27,716 nt of DNA, from NCBI GenBank assembly GCA_963847625.1, contig CAWKAR010000056.1, forward strand, positions 1 to 27,716. The letters run 5' to 3'. The DNA comes from a candidate division FCPU426 bacterium (GTDB taxonomy: Bacteria > Oederibacteriota > Muellerivitia > Muellerivitales > Muellerivitaceae). The position numbers were made by a program, and so were the translations under genes. Shown piece after piece: positions 1-9,960 of the stretch; positions within the stretch are counted from its first letter, which is position 1, and every line of letters begins with the position of its first letter. The notes below the pieces were generated by a model. It was not told the origin of the DNA and searched no databases. It saw only the letters and a list, made by a program, of their open reading frames with translations.

Positions 1-3000
1 AGCCCAATTCATCACCGTCACGCCCCCCGTCACATTCAGCGAGGCTGACGTGTTGGCCGGGGAGGTCCCGAACGTCACGAAACTGCAGTTGGCAGGGAGG
101 GCATCCTGCACCACCAGCCCAGTCGCAGTGTTATTACTCACGTTTAGCATCAGCGTGTAGGTCACCTGGTCCCCTGACGTGCCAGTCGACTCCGATTCCT
201 GCTTTTGCAGCGTCACCACCGCCGCGAGGGTGGGAGTGGGCGTCGCCGTGTTCGTGAAGGTCGGCGTCATCGTGTTGGTCGATGTATTGGTATTCGTGGG
301 GCTGAGTGTGTTGGTCGAAGTCGGCGTGTTGCTGGGCGTCCGGGTGGGTGTCGAGGTGTAGGTATTGGTGAGGGTGTTGGTCGAAGTCGGCGTATTGGTG
401 TTAGTCCGCGTGTTGGTCGCCGTGTAGGTGTTCGTGGCGGTGGATGTGGAAGTCGGCGTGTAGGTGTTGGTGGGAGTGTTTGTCAGCGTGGAAGTCGCAG
501 TGACGGTGGGCGTATTCGTGGGAGTGTTGGTATTCGTCGGTGTAGAGGTGTCGGTGAACGTGGCGGTTGGGGTCGATGTGTAGGTATTGGTGGAAGTATT
601 CGTCGGCGTCGGCGTGTTCGTGGGCGAGGAGGTGTTCGTCGGGGTTGGGGTGAACGTATACGTGAAGGGAGGGGTGTTGGTCGGCGTGGGTGTGGCGGTG
701 GAAGTGCTGGTTGGAGTCGGGGTTGGCGTCGATGTGTTCGTGGGTGTGTTCGTCGACGTCGGGGTAGGAGTGTTGGTCGGGGTGTTCGTGGATGTGGGGG
801 TGTTCGTCGGCGTATTGGTGAATGTTAGCGTGAAGATGGGCGTGTTGGTCGGAGTCGGGGTAGGGGTCGAAGTCGACGTGCTAGTCGACGTTGAAATCGG
901 CGTATTCGTCGGGGTGTTCGTCGGCGTGTTGGTCAGAGTCGGGGTAGGTGTCGAAGTGGACGTGGTGGTCGGAGTCGCAGTCGGTGTCAAGGTCGGCGTG
1001 GGGGTGGGTGTTGAGGTCGGTGTTTTCGTCGGGGTGTTCGTGGACGTGGGAGTGGGCGTAGTCGTTGGCGTAATCGTGGGCGTATTCGTGGGTGATGTCG
1101 TCCCGGTCGGACTGGGGGTCGGAGAAGACGTGATGGTGGGTGTAGGGGTGGACGTGGAAGTCGGCGTGTTCGTGGGGGTGTTGGTCGGGGTCGGCGTGGG
1201 TGTCGTCGTCGGAGTCGGGGTGGGTGTGTTTGTGGGTGTGTTGGTCGGGGTATTCGTGGGCGTAGGCGAGGATGTGGTCGTCGGGGTTGGAGTCGGGGTG
1301 GATGTGGGCGTACGAGTCGGCGTGTTGGTCGGGGTGAAGGTGGGTGTCGTCGTCGGGGTCGGCGTGGGAGTGTTGGTGGGTGTGTTGGTTGGGGTATTCG
1401 TCGGCGTGGGCGAGGGTGTGATCGTGGGTGTGGAAGTCGAAGTAGGTGTGGACGTTCTCGTGGGTGTATTGGTCGGAGTGTTCGTGGGTGAGGTGGTGCC
1501 GGTCGGGCTGGGGGTCGGAGTGAGTGTGATCGTAGGCGTGTTGGTTGGTGTGGGCGTGGGCGTGATCGTCGGGGTGGGCGTGGGTGTCCGGGTCGGCGTG
1601 TTCGTGGGCGTGTTGGTCGGGGTGGGAGAGGGTGTGGTCGTCGGAGTCGGCGTGGGTGTGGGCGTGGGTGTGTTGGTCGGGGTATTCGTCGGCGTGGGCG
1701 AGGGTGTGACTGTGGGCGTAGGGGTTGGGGTCCTCGTCGGTGTATTCGTGGGCGTATTGGTCGGGGTCGGAGTGGGTGTGGTCGTCGGAGTCGGCGTAGG
1801 AGTGTTCGTGGGTGTGTTGGTGGGGGTATTGGTTGGCGTGGGAGAGGGCGTTGTTGTCGGGGTGGGTGTCGGGGTACGTGTGGGCGTATTAGTCGGGGTA
1901 TTGGTTGGCGTAGGCGTGGGTGTGATCGTGGGTGTGGAAGTCGACGTGGGGGTGGACGTTCTCGTGGGCGTATTGGTTGGGGTATTCGTGGGTGAGGTGG
2001 TCCCAGTCGGGCTGGGGGTCGGTGAGAGCGTATTCGTCGGCGTGTTCGTGGGTGTTGGGGTGGGGGTGATGGTAGGCGTGGGGGTCGGCGTGCGCGTGGG
2101 CGTGTTCGTCGGGGTATTCGTCGGGGTGGGCGTGGGTGTCGTCGTGGGGGTGGGTGTCGGGGTGCGCGTAGGTGTGTTCGTTGGCGTATTGGTCGGCGTG
2201 GGCGTGGGTGTGGTCGTGGGCGTGGGTGTGTTCGTGGGTGTATTGATCGAGGTATTGGTTGGCGTGGGTGTGGGAGTCGTCGTGAGGGTGGGAGTAGGTG
2301 TGGATGTGGGTGTTCTCGTAGGCGTGTTCGTTGGGGTGGGTGTGGGGGTGGTCGTCGGGGTCGGAGTGGGTGTGTTCGTGGGTGTGTTGGTTGGGGTATT
2401 CGTCGGCGTGGGAGAGGGCGTCGTTGTCGGGGTGGGTGTCGGGGTACGTGTGGGCGTATTAGTCGGGGTATTGGTCGGGGTGGGTGTGGGGGTAATGGTG
2501 GGTGTGGGAGTCGGGGTGGGCGTATTCGTGCGAGTCGGCGTGTTGGTCGGGGTGTTCGTGGGCGATGTGGTGCCGGTCGGGCTGGGGGTCGGCGAAGGTG
2601 TATTCGTGGGCGTGTTGGTCGGCGTAGGTGTGGGGGTGATGGTAGGCGTGGGAGTCGGTGTGCGCGTGGGTGTGTTCGTGGGCGTATTGGTCGGGGTAGG
2701 AGTCGGGGTCGTTGTGGGAGTAGGAGTCGGTGTCCTTGTCGGTGTATTCGTAGGCGTGTTCGTCGGGGTGGGTGTGGGTGTGGTCGTGGGGGTCGGCGTA
2801 GGAGTGTTCGTGGGTGTATTCGTGGGGGTATTGGTCGGGGTGGGAGTCGGGGTCGTTGTGGGAGTAGGAGTCGGTGTCCGAGTCGGAGTATTCGTGGGGG
2901 TATTGGTCGGTGTAGGCGTGGGGCTTGTGGTAGGAGTTGGGGTCGGGGTGGGTGTGGGTGTTCTCGTGGGCGTATTCGTGGGTGTTGGAGTGGGGGTGGT

Positions 3001-5550
3001 CGTGGGCGTCGGGGTTGGAGTGTTCGTGGGAGTCAGGGTAGGGGTGTTCGTAGGCGTAGGGGTGGGCGTACGGGTCGGAGTGGGTGTAGGAGTATTCGTG
3101 GGTGTGTTCGTGGGTGTGTTTGTGGGGGTAGGCGTGGGGCTTGTTGTGGGGGTGGGTGTTGGCGTCCGGGTCGGGGTGTTCGTGGGAGTATTGGTTGGCG
3201 TGGGAGTGGGCGAGACAGTCGGGGTAGGGGTCGGAGTGTTCGTCGGGGTGGGTGTTGGCGTCCGGGTCGGGGTGTTCGTGGGGGTATTGGTCGGGGTGGG
3301 AGTGGGCGAGACGGTCGGAGTTGGGGTGTTCGTCGGGGTTGGAGTGGGTGTTCGGGTCGGGGTGTTCGTGGGGGTATTGGTCGGTGTGGGGGTGGGTGAG
3401 ACGGTCGGGGTCGGTGTCGGGGTGTTCGTCGGGGTTGGAGTGGGTGTTCGGGTCGGGGTGTTCGTGGGCGTATTCGTCGAGGTGGGTGTGGGCGAGACAG
3501 TAGGGGTCGGAGTCGGGGTGTTCGTCGGGGTGGGTGTATTCGTCCGGGTCGGAGTATTCGTCGGAGTGGGGGTGGGCGAGACGGTCGGGGTCGGAGTTGG
3601 GGTGTTCGTCGGGGTCGGAGTCGGCGTCCGAGTCGGGGTGTTCGTGGGGGTATTGGTCGGGGTGGGGGTAGGTGACACGGTCGGGGTCGGGGTTGGGGTG
3701 TTGGTCGGAGTATTGGTGCGGGTTGGTGTGGGAGTGGGCGTGGGTGTCGGGCTGGGAGTCGGTGTGGGCGTATTCGTCCGGGTCGGGGTGTTGGTCAGCG
3801 TGGGGGTGGGCGAGACGGTCGGGGTCGGAGTCGGGGTGTTCGTCGGGGTGGGAGTATTCGTCCGGGTCGGAGTGTTCGTCGGGGTAGGGGTTGGTGAAAT
3901 CGTGTTTGTGGGGGTTGGCGTCCGGGTCGGGGTGTTCGTGGGGGTGGGAGTATTAGTGAAGGTATAAGTGTAGGTATAAGTATGGGTAAAAGTAGGCGTC
4001 GTAGCGCACACGGTAATGGGAATTGGGCCAGCGGACACTCCACAGGAACCCGCCGGAATAGAAGCGGTATTGTTCATGACAGTGCAAGGTTCGCTGGGAA
4101 AGCCGTTGATTTGGTAATTCAAAATCATGGTGATACAGGCGCCAGCGGGGACGTTTTGCACCCACCACGTGTTCGAATAAGGACTGCTGTTGCCCGTAAT
4201 ATAATCAACTCCGGCTCCGTTAGGGAACGTCCGCCATACATTTACCGAAGAATCATTACCGCCGCCAACGGTCTGCCACCCGTTCAAGACGAATCCGCTT
4301 AAACCCACATTGGTCATAGTATCTTGGATGGTGAGCACTGAGTTATAGGCACTTGAACTGGTATTGCAAAGAACAAGTTGGTAGGGCGTAAGCCCATTTT
4401 GGGTCACTGCGCCGGTCACCGTCGTGGTCTTCGTCAATGAAAAACTGCCAACACCCACTGTCACCGCACCCGCCACACCTGTTCCCGCGCTGCTGGTGAC
4501 GGACGCTGTATTCGAATAGTTGCCACTGCAAGCAGATCCGACCTGCTCCACCACCGTACAAGTGACGGGAGTCGCGCAGGCGGCCAGACTGCCGACGCTC
4601 CAGGTGAGGGTGCCGCCCGAGTTTGTCGCCCCGCACGTGTTACTGGTATAGGTGAAGCAACTGGGCAGGGGATCCGTGACAGTAACGCCGGTTTCCGCGG
4701 CAATATTGTAAACGCTGAGGTTCCGGTAAGTGATATCGCCCTGGTTGGCCTGGAAACCAAAGTCGCCAGTGGAATAGGTGTTCAGGTTAGCGTCTGTGAC
4801 GGTCAACTGCCAGCCGGGTTCCGCCGTTCCGGTTTGCCATATTTTCGCCATGATCTGGTTGGCGCAGATGCGCACCCGGTAGGAAAACCAGTTGTTACGC
4901 GAGATGCAGGGGACGCTGGCCTGGGTTGTAGTGCTGTTATTCCCGTCCGTCCAGGTGGTTTGTGTGCAACCCGAACCAGGTGTAACCGTATCGTAGAAAA
5001 GCCTGCTAGTGCCGTTGCAGGTGTCGCTGAGTTGCCATTGGTCGCCCCGGATCATAAAGTACTGCCCACAGTTCACGTAGCGGGCGACAAAAACTTCGTC
5101 GTCGTCCCCCGAATAAGCCGAGAGGGGAAGACAGGCCTCGTAGTAGAACTCAACATCCGGCCCGACTGAGACGTTGGAAATGATTTGCGGATATTGGCTT
5201 ACCGCCGAGGAAGCATAAGGGCCGTAATTCAGCCCCGAACACCCTCCCTGCTCCGCACGGACTCCCCAGGAAGCCCCGGCCCAGCCATAAGTCGCACCGC
5301 TACTGGACGTCCCTGCATTGGTCCAACCCGTGGGCATGCTGGTCATGGGGTAGGAATCCAGCAGTTCCGAGGAAGTGTCACCCGGTTGCACCACTAGGGT
5401 ATAGGTAATGGGAGAGCAAGGTAAGTAGGATGGACTATTCGAGGTTTTGGTGACCAACGCCGCGTTCGCGGGCAGGACCGAGCAAGCAGCCAGGGCCGAA
5501 ACGAGTAAAAAACTTAAGGGCTGATGGATCCAGTTATCGTTTTTTGGCAT
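1..5550 (-). CDS. Giant secreted/surface protein (>1850 aa, runs off the window at its 3' end): signal peptide, DUF11-like Ig domains, inserted lectin-like beta-sandwich, ~1260-aa Thr/Pro-rich stalk, further DUF11-like domain
   Basis: Manual translation from ATG at 5550 gives [54 protein letters not shown] (signal peptide ending A-N-A, then a DUF11-like start). Later motifs are [31 protein letters not shown] and a second repeat [19 protein letters not shown]. After the T-X repeat comes [47 protein letters not shown]. The frame at 5550 and at position 1 is the same and no stop was seen. It is missing from the ORF track, presumably because no stop lies in the window. Confidence 0.9.
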   Translation of the reverse strand, partial: MPKNDNWIHQPLSFLLVSALAACSVLPANAALVTKTSNSPSYLPCSPITYTLVVQPGDTSSELLDSYPMTSMPTGWTNAGTSSSGATYGWAGASWGVRAEQGGCSGLNYGPYASSAVSQYPQIISNVSVGPDVEFYYEACLPLSAYSGDDDEVFVARYVNCGQYFMIRGDQWQLSDTCNGTSRLFYDTVTPGSGCTQTTWTDGNNSTTTQASVPCISRNNWFSYRVRICANQIMAKIWQTGTAEPGWQLTVTDANLNTYSTGDFGFQANQGDITYRNLSVYNIAAETGVTVTDPLPSCFTYTSNTCGATNSGGTLTWSVGSLAACATPVTCTVVEQVGSACSGNYSNTASVTSSAGTGVAGAVTVGVGSFSLTKTTTVTGAVTQNGLTPYQLVLCNTSSSAYNSVLTIQDTMTNVGLSGFVLNGWQTVGGGNDSSVNVWRTFPNGAGVDYITGNSSPYSNTWWVQNVPAGACITMILNYQINGFPSEPCTVMNNTASIPAGSCGVSAGPIPITVCATTPTFTHTYTYTYTFTNTPTPTNTPTRTPTPTNTISPTPTPTNTPTRTNTPTPTNTPTPTPTVSPTPTLTNTPTRTNTPTPTPSPTPTPTPTPTRTNTPTNTPTPTPTVSPTPTPTNTPTNTPTRTPTPTPTNTPTPTPTVSPTPTPTNTPTRTNTPTPTNTPTPTPTVSPTPTSTNTPTNTPTRTPTPTPTNTPTPTPTVSPTPTPTNTPTNTPTRTPTPTPTNTPTPTVSPTPTPTNTPTNTPTRTPTPTPTNTPTPTPTVSPTPTPTNTPTNTPTRTPTPTPTTSPTPTPTNTPTNTPTNTPTPTPTRTPTPTPTNTPTLTPTNTPTPTPTTTPTPTPTNTPTRTPTPTPTPTPTTSPTPTPTNTPTNTPTRTPTPTPTTTPTPTPTNTPTNTPTNTPTPTPTTTPTPTPTNTPTNTPTRTPTPTPTTTPTPTPTNTPTNTPTRTPTPTPTITPTPTPTNTPTNTPSPTPSPTGTTSPTNTPTNTPTRTNTPTPTPTPTITPTPTPTNTPTNTPTRTPTPTPTTTPSPTPTNTPTNTPTNTPTPTPTTTPTPTPTNTPTRTPTSTPTPTLTTTPTPTPTNTSINTPTNTPTPTTTPTPTPTNTPTNTPTRTPTPTPTTTPTPTPTNTPTNTPTRTPTPTPTITPTPTPTNTPTNTLSPTPSPTGTTSPTNTPTNTPTRTSTPTSTSTPTITPTPTPTNTPTNTPTRTPTPTPTTTPSPTPTNTPTNTPTNTPTPTPTTTPTPTPTNTPTNTPTRTPTPTPTVTPSPTPTNTPTNTPTPTPTPTPTTTPSPTPTNTPTNTPTRTPTPTPTITPTPTPTNTPTITLTPTPSPTGTTSPTNTPTNTPTRTSTPTSTSTPTITPSPTPTNTPTNTPTNTPTPTPTTTPTFTPTNTPTRTPTSTPTPTPTTTSSPTPTNTPTNTPTNTPTPTPTTTPTPTPTNTPTNTPTSTSTPTPTITSSPTPSPTGTTSPTNTPTITPTTTPTPTSTNTPTKTPTSTPTPTPTLTPTATPTTTSTSTPTPTLTNTPTNTPTNTPISTSTSTSTSTPTPTPTNTPIFTLTFTNTPTNTPTSTNTPTNTPTPTSTNTPTNTSTPTPTPTSTSTATPTPTNTPPFTYTFTPTPTNTSSPTNTPTPTNTSTNTYTSTPTATFTDTSTPTNTNTPTNTPTVTATSTLTNTPTNTYTPTSTSTATNTYTATNTRTNTNTPTSTNTLTNTYTSTPTRTPSNTPTSTNTLSPTNTNTSTNTMTPTFTNTATPTPTLAAVVTLQKQESESTGTSGDQVTYTLMLNVSNNTATGLVVQDALPANCSFVTFGTSPANTSASLNVTGGVTVMNWA
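229..4002 (-). repeat. Coding low-complexity repeat: ~1258 codons of alternating Thr-X ([12 protein letters not shown]...)
   Basis: Nearly every second minus-strand codon is ACN. The plus strand reads as a V-G-V-G shadow ORF. Internal near-identical DNA blocks exist, e.g. ~1841-1905 vs ~2411-2475. Confidence 0.95.
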
Positions 5551-5678
5551 ATTTGAAATTAGTTCCAGACTTTCCATTTAAATGATTCCTGCCGTTTTCA
5601 ACAGTAAAGTATTTAAATAATGGCGAATATCCCTTTGAAATAAGTAAACAAGAAAATTAGATTCGATAGTCAAACCAT

Positions 5679-5775
5679 TTAACCGCCGATAACGGCCGAT
5701 TGACGCCGATATCGGCTTATAGTTCAAAGCGTTTTCAAACTTATCGGCGTCCATCGGATTTGATCGGCGGTTTAA
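5679..5775. repeat. Intergenic imperfect inverted repeat built from 10-bp (G)CCGAT units (REP-like element)
   Basis: Left arm is aaccgccgat-aacggccgat-tgacgccgat (5681-5710). The right arm (5742-5775) reverse-complements to aaccgccgat-caaatccgat-ggacgccgat. The arms are separated by a ~30-nt spacer in an otherwise AT-rich divergent intergenic region. Confidence 0.75.
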
Positions 5776-6124
5776 CCTTATTTAATTACTTATCTAAAGG
5801 GGATAATCGCTTAAATAATTATCCCGCAAAAGTTGTTAAATTTTATTATAAAACGTGCAAAAAACGTTCCATATCCCTCGGCAATTAAAGGCTTAAAACC
5901 CAAGTAATTCCACCCATTCGTAAGCAAATTCAGGGATTAAAATTCAAAAATGTCAGTTTTTTTGATTATTTTGATTTTAATTTGACTAAAAACTTGAAAA
6001 CCATGAAGGTATTATCGAGTAGAACACCCCTAAAACAAGTGCATTGGTCCTTGAAAATTGGGAAAATGGATAACCTTTAATCTTTGTCCAATTTAAAATC
6101 CATAACCGCTTGGGATAAGCACAA

Positions 6125-8167
6125 ATGCCGGAAACCGACACACAAACCCTGCAACCCAAAAAATTTTCCCTGACCTGGCTCTTGATCATTTTAATCGTCG
6201 TTGGTTCATCCCTGCTGGTATGGATTTTCCACCGGCGCGCCGAACAAGAAAAAATCGAAAACCGCCCCAACACCCTCGAACCTTTGGCCTTTCAGCCGCT
6301 GCCCCTCGGAAGCATCAAACCCAAGGGTTGGCTGCTGGAACAGCTTCAGCTCCAGGCGAGTGGACTCTCCGGGCACCTGGACGAATTCTGGCCGGACATC
6401 TCTGAAAGCGGTTGGCTCGGGGGCAAGGGGGAAGGTTGGGAGCGGGGGCCCTACTGGCTGGACGGTGCGGTGCCCCTGGCCTACCTCCTCGGCGATCCCA
6501 AGCTCAAGAAAAAAGTCCAACATTGGATGAACTATATCCTCGACCACCAACTCCCGGACGGTTGGCTGGGGCCTGAACAAGGTGCTACTCCTTACGGTTT
6601 CAAGCCCTACCAGAATCCCGTGCGCGATCCTTGGCCCCAATTCGTCATCCTCAAGGCCATGGCCCAATACGAGGAAGCCACTGGGGATAAAAGAATCATT
6701 CCGGCTATGCGAAAGGATCTTCAGAGCCTGTACAACCAACTGGACCAGAGAAAGCTGTTCGGCTGGAATTTCTTCAGGTGGCAGGACCTGTTGGTCAGTA
6801 TTTTCTGGCTTTACGACAAAACTGGGGAGCCTTGGCTCCTAGACCTGGCCCGGAAGGTGGCCATCCAAGGTTATAACTGGCCCAAACATTTCTCGGACCT
6901 GCCGGTCAAAGAAAAGACCAAGGAATGGAACATGGTGGCCCACGTGGTTAACAACGCCATGGGACTCAAGGCCCCCGCCATCCTCTACCGCCTGACAGGC
7001 GAAGACTCGTTTCAAAAAATATCGTTGAAAGCCTTCCGGGAACTGGACCGCTGGCACGGGGAACCCAACGGTCTCATGAGCGGCGACGAGTGCCTGGCGG
7101 GAAGGAGCCCTTCCCAGGGCACCGAGTTGTGCGCCATCGTGGAAACCATGTTCTCGCTGGAAACCAACCTTTCGATACTGGGTGACACGGCCTTCGCGGA
7201 TCGACTGGAGAAAATCGCCTTCAACGCCCTACCCGCGATATTCACCGCGGACTATTGGTGCCACCAATATGTGGAACAATCCAACCAGATTGTTTGCGCC
7301 TATTTCAAAAACCCGGTTTACTCCACGAATACCGGCGGTGCGAACCTGTTCGGCTTGGAACCCCATTACGGTTGCTGTACCTCCAACATGCACCAGGGCT
7401 GGCCCAAGCTGATTTCCCACCTGTGGATGAAAACCCCGGATGGGGGGCTTGCGGCCGTGGCTTACGCCCCGAGCGTGGTGGAATGCCAAGTTTCAGAAGT
7501 CCCCGTTCGGGTCGAGTTAGAAACGGATTATCCCTTCAGCGAGGACCTAGCCTTCAAAGTAACTGTCCCTAAGATCGTCGATTTCTCTCTCTATATACGC
7601 ATACCTGGATGGGCGGAAGGCGCCATCTTGAAAATGCCAGACGGAAACGTCCAAAACCTAAAAGCTGGAAGTTTCCATAAAATCACGCGTTCCTGGAGCG
7701 GAAACGAAACCCTTTTCCTCCACTTACCTATGACCTTCCGGTTGTACAAAGGCATGAATGATTCGGTGAGTGTGGAACGTGGTCCCCTGATTTTCAGCCT
7801 GGGCCTTAAGGAAAAGTGGGTCAAATTCCAACCCTTTAGGTTTCAACCCCGTAAAAACCCCAAGAGCGACTTTGCTCTCTTGCCCCAAAGTTACTGGAAT
7901 TACGCCCTGGTTTTGGACCAAAACCACCCTGAAAAATCCCTCGCGTTCCAGGGTGGCGCCCTCAAGGGCAATCCCTTCACCTTGGATGGCGCACCAGAAC
8001 ACGTCACGGTGCAGGGCAAACGCTTATCGAACTGGGTGGATGAGAAAGGGGCTGCCCAGCCACCTCCCCAAAGCCCCGTCAAGGTTGACGCTCCTGCGGA
8101 GGAATTGACTTTGGTTCCCTACGGCTCTACCCGTTTACGCGTCACCGAGTTCCCCGTTTGTAAATGA
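6125..8167 (+). CDS. Glycoside hydrolase, GH127/GH146-like (beta-L-arabinofuranosidase-like), with N-terminal membrane anchor
   Basis: 680 aa. Contains PLGSIKPKGWL, WERGPYWLDG, AHVVN, GTELCAIVE, DRLEKIAFNALP and YGCCTSNMHQGWPK (E-x-C plus CC Zn-ligand pattern), and C-terminal sandwich motifs ETDYPF, IRIPGW, ERGPLIF and LVPYG. The N-terminal hydrophobic helix is WLLIILIVVGSSLLVWIF. Confidence 0.85.
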   Translation: MPETDTQTLQPKKFSLTWLLIILIVVGSSLLVWIFHRRAEQEKIENRPNTLEPLAFQPLPLGSIKPKGWLLEQLQLQASGLSGHLDEFWPDISESGWLGGKGEGWERGPYWLDGAVPLAYLLGDPKLKKKVQHWMNYILDHQLPDGWLGPEQGATPYGFKPYQNPVRDPWPQFVILKAMAQYEEATGDKRIIPAMRKDLQSLYNQLDQRKLFGWNFFRWQDLLVSIFWLYDKTGEPWLLDLARKVAIQGYNWPKHFSDLPVKEKTKEWNMVAHVVNNAMGLKAPAILYRLTGEDSFQKISLKAFRELDRWHGEPNGLMSGDECLAGRSPSQGTELCAIVETMFSLETNLSILGDTAFADRLEKIAFNALPAIFTADYWCHQYVEQSNQIVCAYFKNPVYSTNTGGANLFGLEPHYGCCTSNMHQGWPKLISHLWMKTPDGGLAAVAYAPSVVECQVSEVPVRVELETDYPFSEDLAFKVTVPKIVDFSLYIRIPGWAEGAILKMPDGNVQNLKAGSFHKITRSWSGNETLFLHLPMTFRLYKGMNDSVSVERGPLIFSLGLKEKWVKFQPFRFQPRKNPKSDFALLPQSYWNYALVLDQNHPEKSLAFQGGALKGNPFTLDGAPEHVTVQGKRLSNWVDEKGAAQPPPQSPVKVDAPAEELTLVPYGSTRLRVTEFPVCK

Positions 8168-8234
8168 AGAAGCCGGATGTTTCCACTCGAAGGCTTCCCG
8201 CTCCCGGCCCTTTTCCCGCGATGTTTGTGATCCA

Positions 8235-9557
8235 TCAATAAAAACTTCCCGCACGCCTCTTGCCCACGAGGTGATAATCCCGTTCCTGAATGGCATTGAC
8301 CAGTTTGGCCCTATCTCCATAAAAGGATTGGGTTCTCATTTTTTCCATGAGATATCCCGACTGGAACCAGAGGCTCGCGATGACGCAAACCAAACCGAAG
8401 ACCTTCCACCGCCGGGAATGGGCAAACTTGGCCCAAATATAAAATGAATAAACCAGGATCAGCGGGGCCAAGATGTAATACATATGAGCCAGGGGCGGTT
8501 TGGAGGTGAAACAAAAGCCGGCCCATACCAACAAGAAGGCTGCAAGGGTGAGAAGGCTTACGTCCCTCGAGTCGGCGTGTTGGTTATCTTTTTTAAAGCC
8601 GATCACTAAAAGCACGACGGGTTGGACCCAACCCAAAAACATCAAAAACACCCCCGGAAGGAAAATCCAAGGAACTTGTTTGAGCAAAAAACCCCATCGT
8701 TGGGGGGTATGTTCACCGATAAATCGGGGCACTTCATAACAGGCAAAAGAAAGGTAACGGGCTAGAATGGTAAAGAAAGCAAGAAAGTTGTCCAAATTAA
8801 AAGCCACCGCCAAGCCCATAGCGTCAGATCCCCGCAAAAGGCCGTATTTAAACAGAGTCGGAATTAGAAAGGCCATGGGAAGTACCGATCCTGCGATGAA
8901 CCCGAGAATGGGTTGGATAAGATCCTTATGACTCGATTTCCAACGCAGTAAAAGGGAAGCCAGCGTCAGGGGTGGAAGGAGAACCCAGGAATAGTGAAGT
9001 TGCATGTCCCAGAAAAGGCCAAAACCCATCAAACCGAAAGCTAAGCCTGGGGATAGCCGCTTGATTGTCAGGCTGGGAATGGATTCCATAAGCCCAATAA
9101 AAAAAAGGGTGCTTCCGAAAAAAAGATAGGAAGGATTATAAACCGTCGTGCCCATGTGGAGGGTCCAGGGAAGAAGTGCGGACCAAGCAAAGACAAAAGG
9201 AAAGGAAAGTGATGGCAAACGCTTGGTGATATACCCGGCAAGTAAGGCGATAGCTGAGGTGGAAAGAAGGCTTGCCAGGAAAAATGGGGCCTCGGGAACT
9301 GGGAAGAGATAAAAAGGGGACCCCACCAGGAAAGCTTCCAAAGCGCCCGGGATTTGGGAATGAAATCCCGTGTGAACCCCTGAAAGCACATATTCATCTG
9401 GCCCGAAATAAGGCCACCCGCCCAGGCAAAACCACTTCAAACCAATCAAGTAGGTTTGAAAATAATCGTCATCCCGAAAAGGCTGGGAAAGGCCGAAAGC
9501 CACCCGGAAAACGAGCAGGAAAATGAAAAGAAGGATGAATTTCCAACGGTTGGCCAG
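8235..9557 (-). CDS. Polytopic membrane protein, probable GT-C fold (ArnT/PMT-like) glycosyltransferase
   Basis: About 10 or more hydrophobic segments and an acidic loop (FRDDDYFQTY) right after the first TM helix, as in GT-C enzymes. The ORF track starts it at GTG 9503, but the frame extends to CTG 9557, 6 nt behind AAGGAG, which adds ANRWKFILLFIFLLVFR. Confidence 0.6.
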   Translation of the reverse strand: MANRWKFILLFIFLLVFRVAFGLSQPFRDDDYFQTYLIGLKWFCLGGWPYFGPDEYVLSGVHTGFHSQIPGALEAFLVGSPFYLFPVPEAPFFLASLLSTSAIALLAGYITKRLPSLSFPFVFAWSALLPWTLHMGTTVYNPSYLFFGSTLFFIGLMESIPSLTIKRLSPGLAFGLMGFGLFWDMQLHYSWVLLPPLTLASLLLRWKSSHKDLIQPILGFIAGSVLPMAFLIPTLFKYGLLRGSDAMGLAVAFNLDNFLAFFTILARYLSFACYEVPRFIGEHTPQRWGFLLKQVPWIFLPGVFLMFLGWVQPVVLLVIGFKKDNQHADSRDVSLLTLAAFLLVWAGFCFTSKPPLAHMYYILAPLILVYSFYIWAKFAHSRRWKVFGLVCVIASLWFQSGYLMEKMRTQSFYGDRAKLVNAIQERDYHLVGKRRAGSFY

Positions 9558-9636
9558 TTGAATCTCCTTGATAGTTTATTCTAAAGAGGCAGGTTAGATA
9601 TCAACCGGGCCTGGTACTAGAACGATGAACCGGTTT

Positions 9637-9906
9637 TCAGCCAAATCGGTAATATTTCCGGACTGGTTCCTGAATATCCCAGGTGCATTTCAAACCCGCG
9701 GGGAATTTGACATAGTCCCCTTTTCCAAACTCAACCCGTTTGCCGTCCGAAGTCATCACCACGACGCGGCCTTCCAGCAAAAGACATTCTTCTGTTTCGT
9801 CATACGTCCACGGAAATTGGGACACTTCTTTTTCCCATATCGGCCATTGATTAAAACCCCTTTCCTGTATTTCACTTTTGGAAAGTTTCTTTATTTCTAT
9901 ATCCAC
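9637..9906 (-). CDS. Small cupin-domain protein (DUF861/cupin_3-like)
   Basis: 89 aa with WPIWEKEVSQFPWTYDETEECLLLEGRV...FGKGDYVKFPAGLKCTWDI...VRKYY, a typical DUF861 pattern. An RBS-like GAAGGGGTG lies upstream. Confidence 0.9.
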   Translation of the reverse strand: MDIEIKKLSKSEIQERGFNQWPIWEKEVSQFPWTYDETEECLLLEGRVVVMTSDGKRVEFGKGDYVKFPAGLKCTWDIQEPVRKYYRFG

Positions 9907-9960
9907 TTTATCACCCCTTCTTCAGATGAAATTTCGATTCAATCCCAAACCTCGTTAAAT

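Noticed and set aside
587..3967. 1126-aa Val/Gly-rich plus-strand ORF (and 179-361, 205-828, 3252-3503, 3672-3887)
   Set aside because: Antisense shadows of the Thr/Pro repeat. The minus frame has a signal peptide and real domains on both sides.
229..4002. Possible CRISPR array or non-coding satellite
   Set aside because: No constant repeat-spacer structure. The variation follows codon positions, so the repeat is coding.
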